Part shown: in pieces, positions 10,790 to 20,311 of the stretch
Numbering within the stretch: the first letter of the stretch is position 1
How the letters are laid out: every line of letters starts with the position of its first letter
Origin: a virus
DNA length: 64,000 bases
Strand: one strand, 5' to 3'
IMG/VR virus record: IMGVR_UViG_3300030109_006161
Location: 45,250 to 109,249 of that record
Position numbers and translations under genes: made by a program
The notes under the pieces: generated by a model
The model's database searches: none
What the model was told of the DNA's origin: nothing
Seen by the model: only the letters and a program-made list of their open reading frames with translations

Positions 10790-12060
10790 TTTATTTCAAT
10801 TGTCTCCCAACGGGTATAATTTTTTCGGCTATCCCAAGACCCTAAGCGATGGTGTAAATCTTGTAGATAATCAACCCAAAACTTTTGATAACTTTCAAAT
10901 GCGTAGTTTTTCTCAACATGTTGTCGTCCGGCTTTACCTAAATTATCACGTTCTTCTGGTGTCATTTTGTAAATCTTCTCAAGGGCGTCAGCAACATCTT
11001 TTTCACAAGTCCTGTCTTCAAAAATATAAGGAACATGCTGCGAGCCAATAATAGCTTTAGAACAAGGCTCAATACCTACTCCAAACCAATTTTCTCCATC
11101 AGTTACTTGCTCTTGCAGTCCGCCAGTCATAGTATTGACTACAGGAGTTTCTGTCGATAAAGATTCCAAAGAACTTAATCCAAAGCCCTCGGCATCAGCA
11201 ATATTTATAGTGCAGTCTGCCAAATTATACAACAGAGCTAAATCAGGTGCAGCTAGTTTTTGTCTGGAGAATTTTATCTGCCCCTGGTCGCATCCAACTG
11301 TTGCTGCTAGATATTCTAATGGTTGTCCGTGAGGATCGTTTGTGTCTGTATGCATAATAAGACATGCTTTATCATGTCCTACTCGATCAAGAAATGCCTT
11401 AAACCAATATACTAATGATCCGCTTTGCTTTCGTCGTGCATTGCGATTATTCCAGAAGAAAATAAATTTATCCTCCAGGTTCATGTTCTTTTTCATTTCA
11501 GAAATTTTTGTGAGACTTTCTTTGTCAGTTACTTTCTTGAATATATCTGGGTCAACTGCGTGTGGTAAGTAAACTTCCTCAGTTGTTGGCGATGCTTTCT
11601 GAACGCATTGACTAGTAACTTTAGAAATTGTAACAATAGCATCTGTACTTAGATAATATGGTGCATTGAATTCTGGAGTGGGAAAGTTATCCCACACATG
11701 ATAATAAACCATTGGTACAACTTGTCTGATTTCAGATTCCATTTGCCATAACCAGTCATAAAATCTAGGATCGGTCATGAACCAGATTAGGTCAGGTTTT
11801 TCTGATAGTATGGCGCTTCTTATTTGATTTGGCGTACCATAAGCATCCACGGGAATAATCTTCCAAGAAGAGCCATATTTTTCTAGTCCATGCTCTATTA
11901 CACTGTAATCTTTATGTTTGATTGCTCCCGCAAAAGATACAACTTCAAATTTACCACTCTCTAGTAATGCTTCGATCATATATTTTGTCTGAGTAGCTAC
12001 ACCCGATGGTAATAAGGGGTGGTCGCTTAGTGTAAGGATTTTTATCTTCTTATCGGACAT
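10786..12060 (-). CDS. GT4-family glycosyltransferase
   Basis: PHAVD, RNARRK, EGFGLSSLESLS..TPVV. Confidence 0.88.
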   Translation of the reverse strand: MSDKKIKILTLSDHPLLPSGVATQTKYMIEALLESGKFEVVSFAGAIKHKDYSVIEHGLEKYGSSWKIIPVDAYGTPNQIRSAILSEKPDLIWFMTDPRFYDWLWQMESEIRQVVPMVYYHVWDNFPTPEFNAPYYLSTDAIVTISKVTSQCVQKASPTTEEVYLPHAVDPDIFKKVTDKESLTKISEMKKNMNLEDKFIFFWNNRNARRKQSGSLVYWFKAFLDRVGHDKACLIMHTDTNDPHGQPLEYLAATVGCDQGQIKFSRQKLAAPDLALLYNLADCTINIADAEGFGLSSLESLSTETPVVNTMTGGLQEQVTDGENWFGVGIEPCSKAIIGSQHVPYIFEDRTCEKDVADALEKIYKMTPEERDNLGKAGRQHVEKNYAFESYQKFWVDYLQDLHHRLGSWDSRKNYTRWETIEIK

Positions 12061-12071
12061 GTTTGTTTTTC

Positions 12072-12911
12072 CTAATTGCAATATTCTGACCTATAAAATT
12101 CACATACACCTGGGCGGTGTTTGCAACTAGTACAGGAGTTTCTATTCTTAATATAACGTTCATTTGTGATATTGTATAGAGCAGTTGTCAAAGATTTTAG
12201 TGCGTCGGTTGTTCTTTTTTTCGCTGCTGTAACTCTTACAAATTCAACTTTTTTACCTGGTTTTGCAGTTCTTTTCAAAAGAACAAAATGGCAGTCAAGA
12301 TCATCTGGGCTTACGTCGTACTTTTGAGAATAAAAATGTTTATACATCACAAGTTGATAAGCCATTGTTTTATCACTTTTCTTTTCTCGTCGCCAACCCC
12401 AAGAACAAGTTTTCCAATCAATCAAGTGAACCTTTTCATCTTTATTTGAATGAACTACAAGATCAATAAAGCCCTTAAAGTTTTTCTTTGCATCCTTGAA
12501 TTCAGTAATAGGCTCATAAAGAAATTCTTCAGCAGCCAATACGTGCCAGTCCTCGCCAAGCTTTCCAAATTTTTCTACTAGAGAGCGATAAAGGTCGGGA
12601 ATAATTTCAATACCGTGTGCTAGCCACTCTTGCAAATCAAAATCGTTAGCTGCTCGTTGTTGTTCTAGTTCTGGCAGTGCTTTTAGTTCTTTTACAAACT
12701 GTTGCTTCAGCAGATTGATTATTTTTTCTTGAGACCTATATTGTTCAGTCTTTGTGAGAGTTTCCTCACATAAGGTATGTAAAGCTTTACCAAAGGCAGT
12801 ATAAATATTTCCTTCAAACTTATTGATCTTATCGATATAGGTAAGTTTATGATAGTGCGGGCAAATAAGCCAATTCTTCCACTCTGAATAAGAGATATGT
12901 TTTCCAGCCAA
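12072..12911 (-). CDS. Cas4/RecB-like PD-(D/E)xK exonuclease
   Basis: ISYS...CP, GKALH, GFIDLV, IDWKT, QL..Y, C-terminal CxxC...C cluster. Confidence 0.8.
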   Translation of the reverse strand: MAGKHISYSEWKNWLICPHYHKLTYIDKINKFEGNIYTAFGKALHTLCEETLTKTEQYRSQEKIINLLKQQFVKELKALPELEQQRAANDFDLQEWLAHGIEIIPDLYRSLVEKFGKLGEDWHVLAAEEFLYEPITEFKDAKKNFKGFIDLVVHSNKDEKVHLIDWKTCSWGWRREKKSDKTMAYQLVMYKHFYSQKYDVSPDDLDCHFVLLKRTAKPGKKVEFVRVTAAKKRTTDALKSLTTALYNITNERYIKNRNSCTSCKHRPGVCEFYRSEYCN

Positions 12912-12926
12912 AGTTTCGTCGCTTTC

Positions 12927-13586
12927 TTAGTTGTTGACGAGTTCATCAATCTTGTTATATAGTTCGGGACTAATTTTCTTTAGTTTTTGCTTGCTTCCTA
13001 AAAAATACTCTTCGAATCCAGTTCCAAAATATTCACGGAGAGAAACAGATGCATAAGGTCTTATATACATACCAGATGTAATCATTTTAAGCAAGTTTCC
13101 TCCAACCCTTTTGTATAAAAAGACATCAAAATTACGGTCATACTCAAGATTCATGAAATTATATTCTTTAGTCCAGTATCCTTCAGATCTTAATTCAAAT
13201 TCTAGCTCCGCTCGTTTTTTGAGGAACTCCTTTTTGATTTTCTCATCTGCGTATATCTCTTCAGGGTACAGCATTTCTACATGATGTGCGAACTCATGAA
13301 TTATATCATCGATAATATCAGCGGCATTATCTTGTTTGTTGGTAATATAAAAGATACCATTATCGTATAATGCATTAGCATCTTTCTTATCAAATATAGG
13401 AATATGTTCTATTCGAATTTGATTTAGAGATCTAAAGAACTTTGATGGTAATAATTTTTCTACAGAAGATAAAACACTTTGGAGATCTATATTATCCGGA
13501 CAGGGGTCAACCTCAACAACATCTACCCCAGCAAAATTAAAATACTTGGGCGTATTGTTTACTCTTTCAAATATATAATCTCTCAT
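12927..13586 (-). CDS. Zincin metallopeptidase-like protein
   Basis: IIHEFAHHVE (HExxH) plus downstream SLREYF. Confidence 0.6.
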   Translation of the reverse strand: MRDYIFERVNNTPKYFNFAGVDVVEVDPCPDNIDLQSVLSSVEKLLPSKFFRSLNQIRIEHIPIFDKKDANALYDNGIFYITNKQDNAADIIDDIIHEFAHHVEMLYPEEIYADEKIKKEFLKKRAELEFELRSEGYWTKEYNFMNLEYDRNFDVFLYKRVGGNLLKMITSGMYIRPYASVSLREYFGTGFEEYFLGSKQKLKKISPELYNKIDELVNN

Positions 13587-14887
13587 AGAATTTCCGAAGC
13601 TAAGGTTGCTAATTTAGATCTTTCGCCTTTAACTAGTGTCACATGACCCGCAATATCATATTGTTTGAATTTTTCAACAGCATGAGTAAGACCGTTTGAA
13701 ACTGAATCAACATAAGAGTTATCAATTTGTTGGATATCTCCAGTAAGCACTAATTTAGTTCCATGACCTACCCTTGTTATTATAGTCTTTAATTCGTGGG
13801 CTGTTAAGTTCTGAGCTTCGTCTACAATCAAGAAAGCATTGGAAATTGAGCGACCTCTAATGTATGTCATAGCTTCTATTTCAATGGTTCCTTGTTCTAT
13901 TTGCATATCTAAAGCACCACGGTCGCCAAACAGTTGTTCTAAGTTGTCTCTAATAGGGGCAATCCACGGCATCATTTTTTCTTCTAAAGTTCCCGGCAAA
14001 AATCCGATATCTCTACCCATGGGTTGAACTGGACGAGTTATAATCAATTTATCATATCCACCTTTTGCACTAGTGGTATTCATAACTTGCTCCAAGGCGC
14101 AAGCTGTGGCTAATAATGTTTTACCAGTTCCTGCTGGTCCTGTCAAGGAAAGAACATGTATATCTTTATCGAATAAGAGATCCATTGCATATTGCTGTTC
14201 TTTGTTGTTCGCTGATAAACCCCATATGTTTTTGTATTTGTTTATCTTTCGAAGAGGTTTATCATAGTCCATAAAACGACAGATTGCTGACTTACTTGTA
14301 CCTTCATTTTTTAATATAAGGTATTGGTTTGGGTAAAGTTTTGTTCCTTGTTGTGGTAATAATGTTTCTTTACCGGTATAAAATTGATCTATAAGGCTAA
14401 ACTCTACCTCTACTTCTTGAGTTCCGTCAAATAAATTCTCTATAGAGTTAATTACTTTCTCAGGTTGGTAGTCGTAACATTCTATACCGTGGGCGTCGCA
14501 CTTTACTCTCATATTGAGATCACGAGACACAACAATAACTTCTTTGCCTTCATCAATTAATCGGAGAGCAACAGCTATAATTTTATTATCAGCATCATTG
14601 TTATCTACCCCAGGAGGCATGTATTTTTCATCAAAATGTGCCGCTATTACTCTGCCTTTGCCTCTTCCTAAAGGAGCACCGGTAAGTAAACTACCTTTAG
14701 AACGAAGTGAGTCTAAAACTCTATTCATAGTTCTAGCGTTTAAGCCAGCAGTATCCTGCCTGTGTTTATGACGATCAATCTCATCTAAAACTATAGTTGG
14801 TATTGCGATATCGTTTTTACCAAAAGCTAATATGGAACCTGCCTCCGTGAGGTATACATTCGTATCTAAAATGATGGTTTTTTTCAT
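13583..14887 (-). CDS. phoH: PIN domain + PhoH ATPase (PhoH2-type)
   Basis: ILDTNV PIN motif; GPAGTGKT, GFLPG, YIRGRS, DEAQN, GDIQQID. Confidence 0.92.
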   Translation of the reverse strand: MKKTIILDTNVYLTEAGSILAFGKNDIAIPTIVLDEIDRHKHRQDTAGLNARTMNRVLDSLRSKGSLLTGAPLGRGKGRVIAAHFDEKYMPPGVDNNDADNKIIAVALRLIDEGKEVIVVSRDLNMRVKCDAHGIECYDYQPEKVINSIENLFDGTQEVEVEFSLIDQFYTGKETLLPQQGTKLYPNQYLILKNEGTSKSAICRFMDYDKPLRKINKYKNIWGLSANNKEQQYAMDLLFDKDIHVLSLTGPAGTGKTLLATACALEQVMNTTSAKGGYDKLIITRPVQPMGRDIGFLPGTLEEKMMPWIAPIRDNLEQLFGDRGALDMQIEQGTIEIEAMTYIRGRSISNAFLIVDEAQNLTAHELKTIITRVGHGTKLVLTGDIQQIDNSYVDSVSNGLTHAVEKFKQYDIAGHVTLVKGERSKLATLASEIL

Positions 14888-14944
14888 ATTTTCCCTGAAA
14901 TAAGTGGGTTTATATAATTAGTTTGGTCGGTATACTTAAAGGTA

Positions 14945-14969
14945 ATAAAAAAGCCGCCCGGAGGCGGCT
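14945..14969 (-). terminator. Intrinsic terminator after tmRNA
   Basis: AGCCGCC-TCCG-GGCGGCT followed by a T run on the minus strand. Confidence 0.85.
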
Positions 14970-15291
14970 GGTGGAGGTAGGGAGAATCGAACTCCCGTCT
15001 TGTCTAGTTCCATAGAAGGGTCATTCACAAGGTTAGGTCTGTTTTTTTCGTCAGACAGCCCGCTTGACTAGATCATCTTATTATGGCTGAGATAATCAAA
15101 AGCACTTAGAAGACAAAATACGGCTTTCTGTTTTTTGGCTGCCGTCGCCTCAAGTCAAGTCAGGTTATTAAGCTGCTTGTGCTAGTTGAAAATCGTCGTT
15201 TGCGATTAAAAGTTAAGCGTTTTTAGTGAGCCACGCTTCCCTCACCCTTGCACCTTTTCTACTTCCCCATCAGTCGATACCGGTTACCCCC
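14969..15291 (-). ncRNA. ssrA: tmRNA; tag (A)ANDDFQLAQAA at 15203-15168
   Basis: 5' GGGGGTA pairs with TACCTCC-A-CCA giving G3:U; T-arm GGGAG-TTCGATT-CTCCC; resume context TTAATC|GCA; tag ends AA then TAA TAA. Confidence 0.95.
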
Positions 15292-15301
15292 TTGTATAAT
15301 A

Positions 15302-15330
15302 GTTATACACTATAACGAATTACTTGTCAA
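15302..15330 (-). promoter_or_regulatory. sigma70 promoter of tmRNA
   Basis: TTGACA-17-TATAAC ending about 10 nt before the mature 5' end. Confidence 0.75.
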
Positions 15331-15354
15331 TTTATTCTTACATAAGTATTATAG

Positions 15355-15476
15355 CCGGCTGTTAACAGCTTAGCTGTAAAGGCTGTTAAGAATTAAAAAA
15401 TAGTTAAAAGTAGTTAAAACAGTTAAGGCTGTTAAAGCTTGCAAGCTATTATAACCAACTCTGACAAACCGTTAAG
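15355..15476. repeat. Iterated GTTAA / GGCTGTTAA short repeats
   Basis: About seven GTTAA cores, several at ~10-bp spacing, in non-coding DNA. Confidence 0.55.
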
Positions 15477-15481
15477 GGTAT

Positions 15482-16300
15482 TTATGAAAATAAATCTAAT
15501 TCTTCTGAATCTGATTCCTGATTATCATCCGAAGGTTCTGGTTCTCCTACGTTTCCTAGGTCTTCTTCTCCAGACTGCTCTTCTTCGTACTCATCGGTAG
15601 TAACGTCTGGTAAGTCTGATTGAAGTTCATCTTCGAACTTGTCAAAATAAAGAAGCATGTTTGTAATTAGGTAATCATAAAAGACATCTTTATCTTCTTC
15701 ATCTGCCAACATATCATAAGCATCAACAATTTGTTTCTCTACAGCCTTAAAGGTAACTGAGGCAAAGTTTCTACCGGTTTCATTTTGGTCTTCAATTTTT
15801 ACAAAAGGTTCGTCACCATCCTCTGCGCCTTCAATGTCAATAAATTCACCCTCTACAGATTGTTCTTCTTTTCCATCTGATTGTGGATCTAAATCAATTG
15901 ATATCTTTTCTAATAAAGTGTCAGAATCTACTGTATATTCAATATCTTCAGTTGCGACTGCTTGTTCGCCCTGGTTTTGTGATTCAATAGGTCTCAATGT
16001 GTTTTCTATGGCATGAACTATATGATTACGAAATGATGTACGTTGCTCTTTAGAGGTAGTAAGCATTTTATAATCATCTTCTACGATAGGAATTATTTTC
16101 TCCAACAAATCAGCAAGAACATTAATGCCAGTGCTTCGACTAGCTTCATCAGTACCTGTCTCAGCTTCGATTAATTGACGAACTACTTTTCGAATCTTTT
16201 CTTCGGCAAGTCTTTGTTGTTCTAGCTTTACAGCTATTCTTTTACGAACGTGTTCTCTGATAAGTTCTTCAGCAATTAGTTGGTTTCGATCAATAGTCAT
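15482..16300 (-). CDS. Acidic hypothetical protein, probable virion-internal protein
   Basis: ORF track; EELIRE / IRKVVRQLIE motifs; acidic tail. Confidence 0.55.
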   Translation of the reverse strand: MTIDRNQLIAEELIREHVRKRIAVKLEQQRLAEEKIRKVVRQLIEAETGTDEASRSTGINVLADLLEKIIPIVEDDYKMLTTSKEQRTSFRNHIVHAIENTLRPIESQNQGEQAVATEDIEYTVDSDTLLEKISIDLDPQSDGKEEQSVEGEFIDIEGAEDGDEPFVKIEDQNETGRNFASVTFKAVEKQIVDAYDMLADEEDKDVFYDYLITNMLLYFDKFEDELQSDLPDVTTDEYEEEQSGEEDLGNVGEPEPSDDNQESDSEELDLFS

Positions 16301-16310
16301 GGTATTATAA

Positions 16311-19300
16311 TTATCTCCGTCTTTGACGTTTTGCTTTTCTAACTTTTGGTTTCTCTCTTTTAGGTTTATTTCTTACCTTAACTGTGCCACCAAAAGGACC
16401 AGCATATCCAGCCACCGCACCAGCACTCATAGCAGACATTTCATCTAATGTGTTATCAATCAATGAGTTTAGTCTTTCGGTTTGTGGAATTACAGAATTC
16501 CAAATAGCATTTCCATCTACACCCGGCGGCATATATGCTAAAAATGTTTCTTTATCTCTCTCAGCAATTGCTTTTCTAAGATCACGAGCACTGTAAACAA
16601 GACCTTCTTTAGATTGCACTGGATCCTCAACGATGTCCTCTACATTTACACCGGGGTTATGACGCTCAGCATACGATTGCGCTCGGTCAAAGCGGGTATC
16701 ACCTACATCCTTACTGCTCTTCACTAAAAGAACTGTATCTCCGTCAGTAGCAGACTCAGGATCAGCAACAAACTCGTAGACTGCCTGGACTGGACTGCGA
16801 TAGTCTGCAATTTTTGCAGTAATGTTTGGTTCACCATTTTCAAGGTACTCTTCCCAGATACGCAACGACTGTTCATTACTTACTTCTGGGTAATCAACGG
16901 GAGAAATTAAAACAATCACCTCATCCACATCAGGGCGCTTAGCAATCTTATTCACATAATCAAAGTGACCACGATGTGGTGGTTTAAACTTACCAGGGAA
17001 TAGAGCTATGCGCTTACCTTCTTTTTCAGTAATGACCTGAGTATCATTATTTAGTGATTCGTTTCTTTGCCCTGGGGATTGGTTTACTGCCTTGGTTAAT
17101 TCATTTGCGATGACCGTGGTATTTCGGAGGGCTTTTTCACCAGCATTTATAGCTTTACTGCGATTTTCGTATGTGAAGTAATTACTAATATCCTCAGACA
17201 ATTGTTGGGTTGCTTCAAAAACATTGTCGATAGATGTCGATAAATTGTCCATGTATGTTTCGGCAATTTTAACAATACTGTCAGTATTCACGGGCAGTGT
17301 AGCCAAGACTTTATAATCGGCTTGTGCTCCACCAATTTTACCCAGAGTCGATACAGTTATAGACCATTGGGCTCCGCCGTCGCCTTTATTCTTGGATTCA
17401 GTCAATAAAGAGTTGAATCTATTCCAAATTTTTCTATTTCGCTCAACTGTCAGATACTTCAAACCCTCTTCTGCTACTTGTGGATCTTCTTGGTCTACTT
17501 CGGCAGCAACTTGAGCCAATTTATCTCTTCGAACCGCATCATAGCCATTTGTATTTCTTAGGATCGTATATTGTTCTTCCCAATTAGCAGCTTTTCTGTA
17601 TAGGTCGTAAGTATTCTTTGTTCCTTTTCTGTCAATACCAAAGACTCGCTTTGACACCTTGGCATCTGTACCCTGGGTAAGAAGATCAAAAATATTATCC
17701 CTTGTGATAACAAATTGTTCAATTTTTATTTCTTCGCCCAGTTTCCAGCCTACAATATAAACAACCTCACCATATTCATTTAAAGCGTCAACCAAGTTTG
17801 TAAAACTACCATGAATTACGCCCGCCTTACCGGCCTTACCGTCTTTGGTCTTTTGCTTTCGTTTATCGCTAAGTAGCTTTAGACTAATTGGAACTCCTGT
17901 ATGTCCTTCTAAGGTACTAAAAGCCATCATATCTTCGATAGGTAAATTACCTTTGTCAGTTATTTCTTTAGCTTGTTGTCCGGACAACATGGCAGACAGA
18001 AAACCCTCAAATACAAACCCAGCAGAGGATGATGTAAAGTTTTCGATAACCGCAGTTAAAGATTCAAGAATAATCAGGGTGCTAATCATTCTCTGAGGGG
18101 AGGTCATCTTATTATCAAGCTTAATTCTGTTTCTTAGATCTTCAAACCTTTTTTCAACACTAGCCCCTCCTGAAATTGTTGCAAAGATCTTCTCAACCTG
18201 AGACCTTTCCATAGATCCAGGATCCCCCCAAGCTTCTGATGGTGCAAACTTTGGCAAAGATAGAACAAACTTTCTAGCTCGATCAGACTTAATATTACTT
18301 TCTTTCTCTGTTATGATTGGTCTATCAACAACTAGAGATTCTTTTGTACTTCTTTTTAGATTCCCGTAACGGAACATCCCAAGTATCTGATTCATTGGGG
18401 CATAGTTCCCTGCAAATTTATAGGTATGTCCATCATAATCAAAGACCACCGCCTCGACTGGGGTAGTGATATTTGTAAAGTCTTTTATCTTATTAAGGTG
18501 CTGTTGCATAATTGCCATTGCCTCAGGATTTTCAGCACCTACTGAAGTTATGTCTTTTACAGCTTCTGCTAATTCAGCTTTTAGACGTGCGACCTCTTTG
18601 TCATTGTCCGCAATGAAAATACTCTTCAATCCTTTTAGCAGTTCTACAGTAAAATCATGAACTATTGTCTCAAGTGGTTCAATTGCTTGTTTTAACAACA
18701 TTTTTTGAGCTTTGATAATCTGCGTAAGGTCTTGTAAATCCTGATTGTTTAAGCCCTTTTTCAAGGCTTTTAGTCCAATATTCTTTGGCAATTTCAGGAT
18801 ATAAAAAATAATCTCATCTTTTAGATTTTTAGGTAAATCAGTATCAATACCATTTGACAACCTTCTGACCATATAATCTAAGATGGTTGAGTTATCTTTC
18901 AATCCTTCTGATTTCATTTCACTATCAATACCACCAATTGCTTTTTCTAAAGCGGTATCATCTTCTAGTTTCTGTAATTCTATTTTAGCTTGTCTGGCTA
19001 GATTGAAATCATCACCATGAAGTCTTTTTTTCATCCGATCGAAAGCATTATCTAGAGTTTCCAGGGTTCCTTCTGGTATGGGTTGCTTCTCCCCAGTTTC
19101 TCTGTCGAAGACAAAATGACCTACATCATGAATTTTTAAAGTCTTATCATCATATAGGATAACATTCTTAGACCCTGGGTCCATTACTTCTGCGTTATAC
19201 CAAATATTGGCATTTGGTCCAAATATTCTTTCCTTTTCTTGATCTGATAATGCTTCAACAGCTTTTTCAAAAGTAGAGAAACCACCAGTAAAAGCTTCAG

Positions 19301-19556
19301 TCAAGCCACCTCGTCCAGCAAATTTCTGAGCTAGTCCTGCACCATCTAATCCGCCGGATCTTAGATTACCTTTATTCCTGGCTCCTTTGGCTTTCCCTTC
19401 GGGAATAGAATAAGATAGAAAAAGGTTCTGTCCGTCTACTTTTTCTTCTGCGGTAAGTTCGCCGCTTGAAGCAGCATTTAGGATCTCTTTTATTTTACCA
19501 AAGGTTAATTCTCTATTCTCATAGAGATGATCCATATGACCTGCAACACCACCCAT
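16311..19556 (-). CDS. Multidomain protein: ligase-like KxDG domain + putative PD-(D/E)xK-like insert + HxGH nucleotidyltransferase
   Basis: EKVDGQN; AGFVFEGFL...IED...SLK; LFPGKFKPPHRGH and YSARDLR. Confidence 0.7.
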   Translation of the reverse strand: MGGVAGHMDHLYENRELTFGKIKEILNAASSGELTAEEKVDGQNLFLSYSIPEGKAKGARNKGNLRSGGLDGAGLAQKFAGRGGLTEAFTGGFSTFEKAVEALSDQEKERIFGPNANIWYNAEVMDPGSKNVILYDDKTLKIHDVGHFVFDRETGEKQPIPEGTLETLDNAFDRMKKRLHGDDFNLARQAKIELQKLEDDTALEKAIGGIDSEMKSEGLKDNSTILDYMVRRLSNGIDTDLPKNLKDEIIFYILKLPKNIGLKALKKGLNNQDLQDLTQIIKAQKMLLKQAIEPLETIVHDFTVELLKGLKSIFIADNDKEVARLKAELAEAVKDITSVGAENPEAMAIMQQHLNKIKDFTNITTPVEAVVFDYDGHTYKFAGNYAPMNQILGMFRYGNLKRSTKESLVVDRPIITEKESNIKSDRARKFVLSLPKFAPSEAWGDPGSMERSQVEKIFATISGGASVEKRFEDLRNRIKLDNKMTSPQRMISTLIILESLTAVIENFTSSSAGFVFEGFLSAMLSGQQAKEITDKGNLPIEDMMAFSTLEGHTGVPISLKLLSDKRKQKTKDGKAGKAGVIHGSFTNLVDALNEYGEVVYIVGWKLGEEIKIEQFVITRDNIFDLLTQGTDAKVSKRVFGIDRKGTKNTYDLYRKAANWEEQYTILRNTNGYDAVRRDKLAQVAAEVDQEDPQVAEEGLKYLTVERNRKIWNRFNSLLTESKNKGDGGAQWSITVSTLGKIGGAQADYKVLATLPVNTDSIVKIAETYMDNLSTSIDNVFEATQQLSEDISNYFTYENRSKAINAGEKALRNTTVIANELTKAVNQSPGQRNESLNNDTQVITEKEGKRIALFPGKFKPPHRGHFDYVNKIAKRPDVDEVIVLISPVDYPEVSNEQSLRIWEEYLENGEPNITAKIADYRSPVQAVYEFVADPESATDGDTVLLVKSSKDVGDTRFDRAQSYAERHNPGVNVEDIVEDPVQSKEGLVYSARDLRKAIAERDKETFLAYMPPGVDGNAIWNSVIPQTERLNSLIDNTLDEMSAMSAGAVAGYAGPFGGTVKVRNKPKREKPKVRKAKRQRRR

Positions 19557-19795
19557 TACTTATCCTCGGTGATTACTTTTAACTCTTCTTCTAAAGCATT
19601 TACACGCTCGTTTAGAGATCTCATTTGACGCTTGATTGATCTAATGTGCTCCTTTGCAATTTGGAGCCGACCGGTGTCTCTTTTGTTCGTAACTCTAATA
19701 TTAGATACGATATCATACAGGGCTTGGATAGAAGCTCCTGCATCAACTCTAATATCTTCATTTAGAAGTAATTTTTTAGTTATCTTTTTTAGCAC
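19556..19795 (-). CDS. Coiled-coil hypothetical protein
   Basis: ORF track frame; start reassigned to GTG (VLKKITKKLLLNE) because the upstream part overlaps a better-supported ORF. Confidence 0.55.
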   Translation of the reverse strand: MLKKITKKLLLNEDIRVDAGASIQALYDIVSNIRVTNKRDTGRLQIAKEHIRSIKRQMRSLNERVNALEEELKVITEDK

Positions 19796-19952
19796 TTGGT
19801 TTCTTAGCTTTCGGTGCGGCTTTTGCAGCAGGTTTCTTAGCTGGCTTTGCTTCAACTACTTTTTCTTCTTGCACTTCTACTTGTGGGGCTGCTTGTTTTC
19901 TTTTTGCTATAGCAGCTAATTTGCGTGCTCTTCTTAATCTTGGGCTTGCCAT
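19776..19952 (-). CDS. 58-aa Lys/Ala/Pro-rich basic protein (histone H1-tail-like)
   Basis: Manual translation MASPRLRRARK...AKPAKKPAAKAAPKAKKPSAKKDN; SD GGAGG 7 nt upstream. Confidence 0.7.
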   Translation of the reverse strand: MASPRLRRARKLAAIAKRKQAAPQVEVQEEKVVEAKPAKKPAAKAAPKAKKPSAKKDN

Positions 19953-20014
19953 GATATATCCTCCATATAGTTCAAAAGAACATAATAAATAGTTTGTATC
20001 TGAGTGTTTGACCT

Positions 20015-20311
20015 CTAAATAGGATCTAATCTTAGAACACTTCCCGTAATACTTAGAACAAATGCTTTCGAGGCCCCTGTGGTATCAGTGCCCTGAAGTT
20101 TGAATTGGTTTGCTGTACCAGACAGATGAAGACCATTTGGTTTCATTATAGAACCATCAAATGTTAGGTTACCAACCTGAGTTAAAGTATTAGTAGGTAT
20201 ATCGCCAAGGACATCTATTTTTGCAAGTTTAGAATCATCAATCCTTGTCTTTACTTTTTCGGTAGCATGAATATGCGGATCAATGTGACCCAAAAATCTT
20301 CTTCTAGCCAT
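20015..20311 (-). CDS. Hypothetical, possible tail/fibre accessory protein
   Basis: C-terminus resembles the C-terminus of the 922-aa fibre protein. Confidence 0.5.
   Translation of the reverse strand: MARRRFLGHIDPHIHATEKVKTRIDDSKLAKIDVLGDIPTNTLTQVGNLTFDGSIMKPNGLHLSGTANQFKLQGTDTTGASKAFVLSITGSVLRLDPI

Noticed and set aside
12072-12911. CRISPR-Cas locus implied by the Cas4-like gene
   Set aside because: No repeat-spacer array or other cas genes seen; solo Cas4-like nucleases are common in phages
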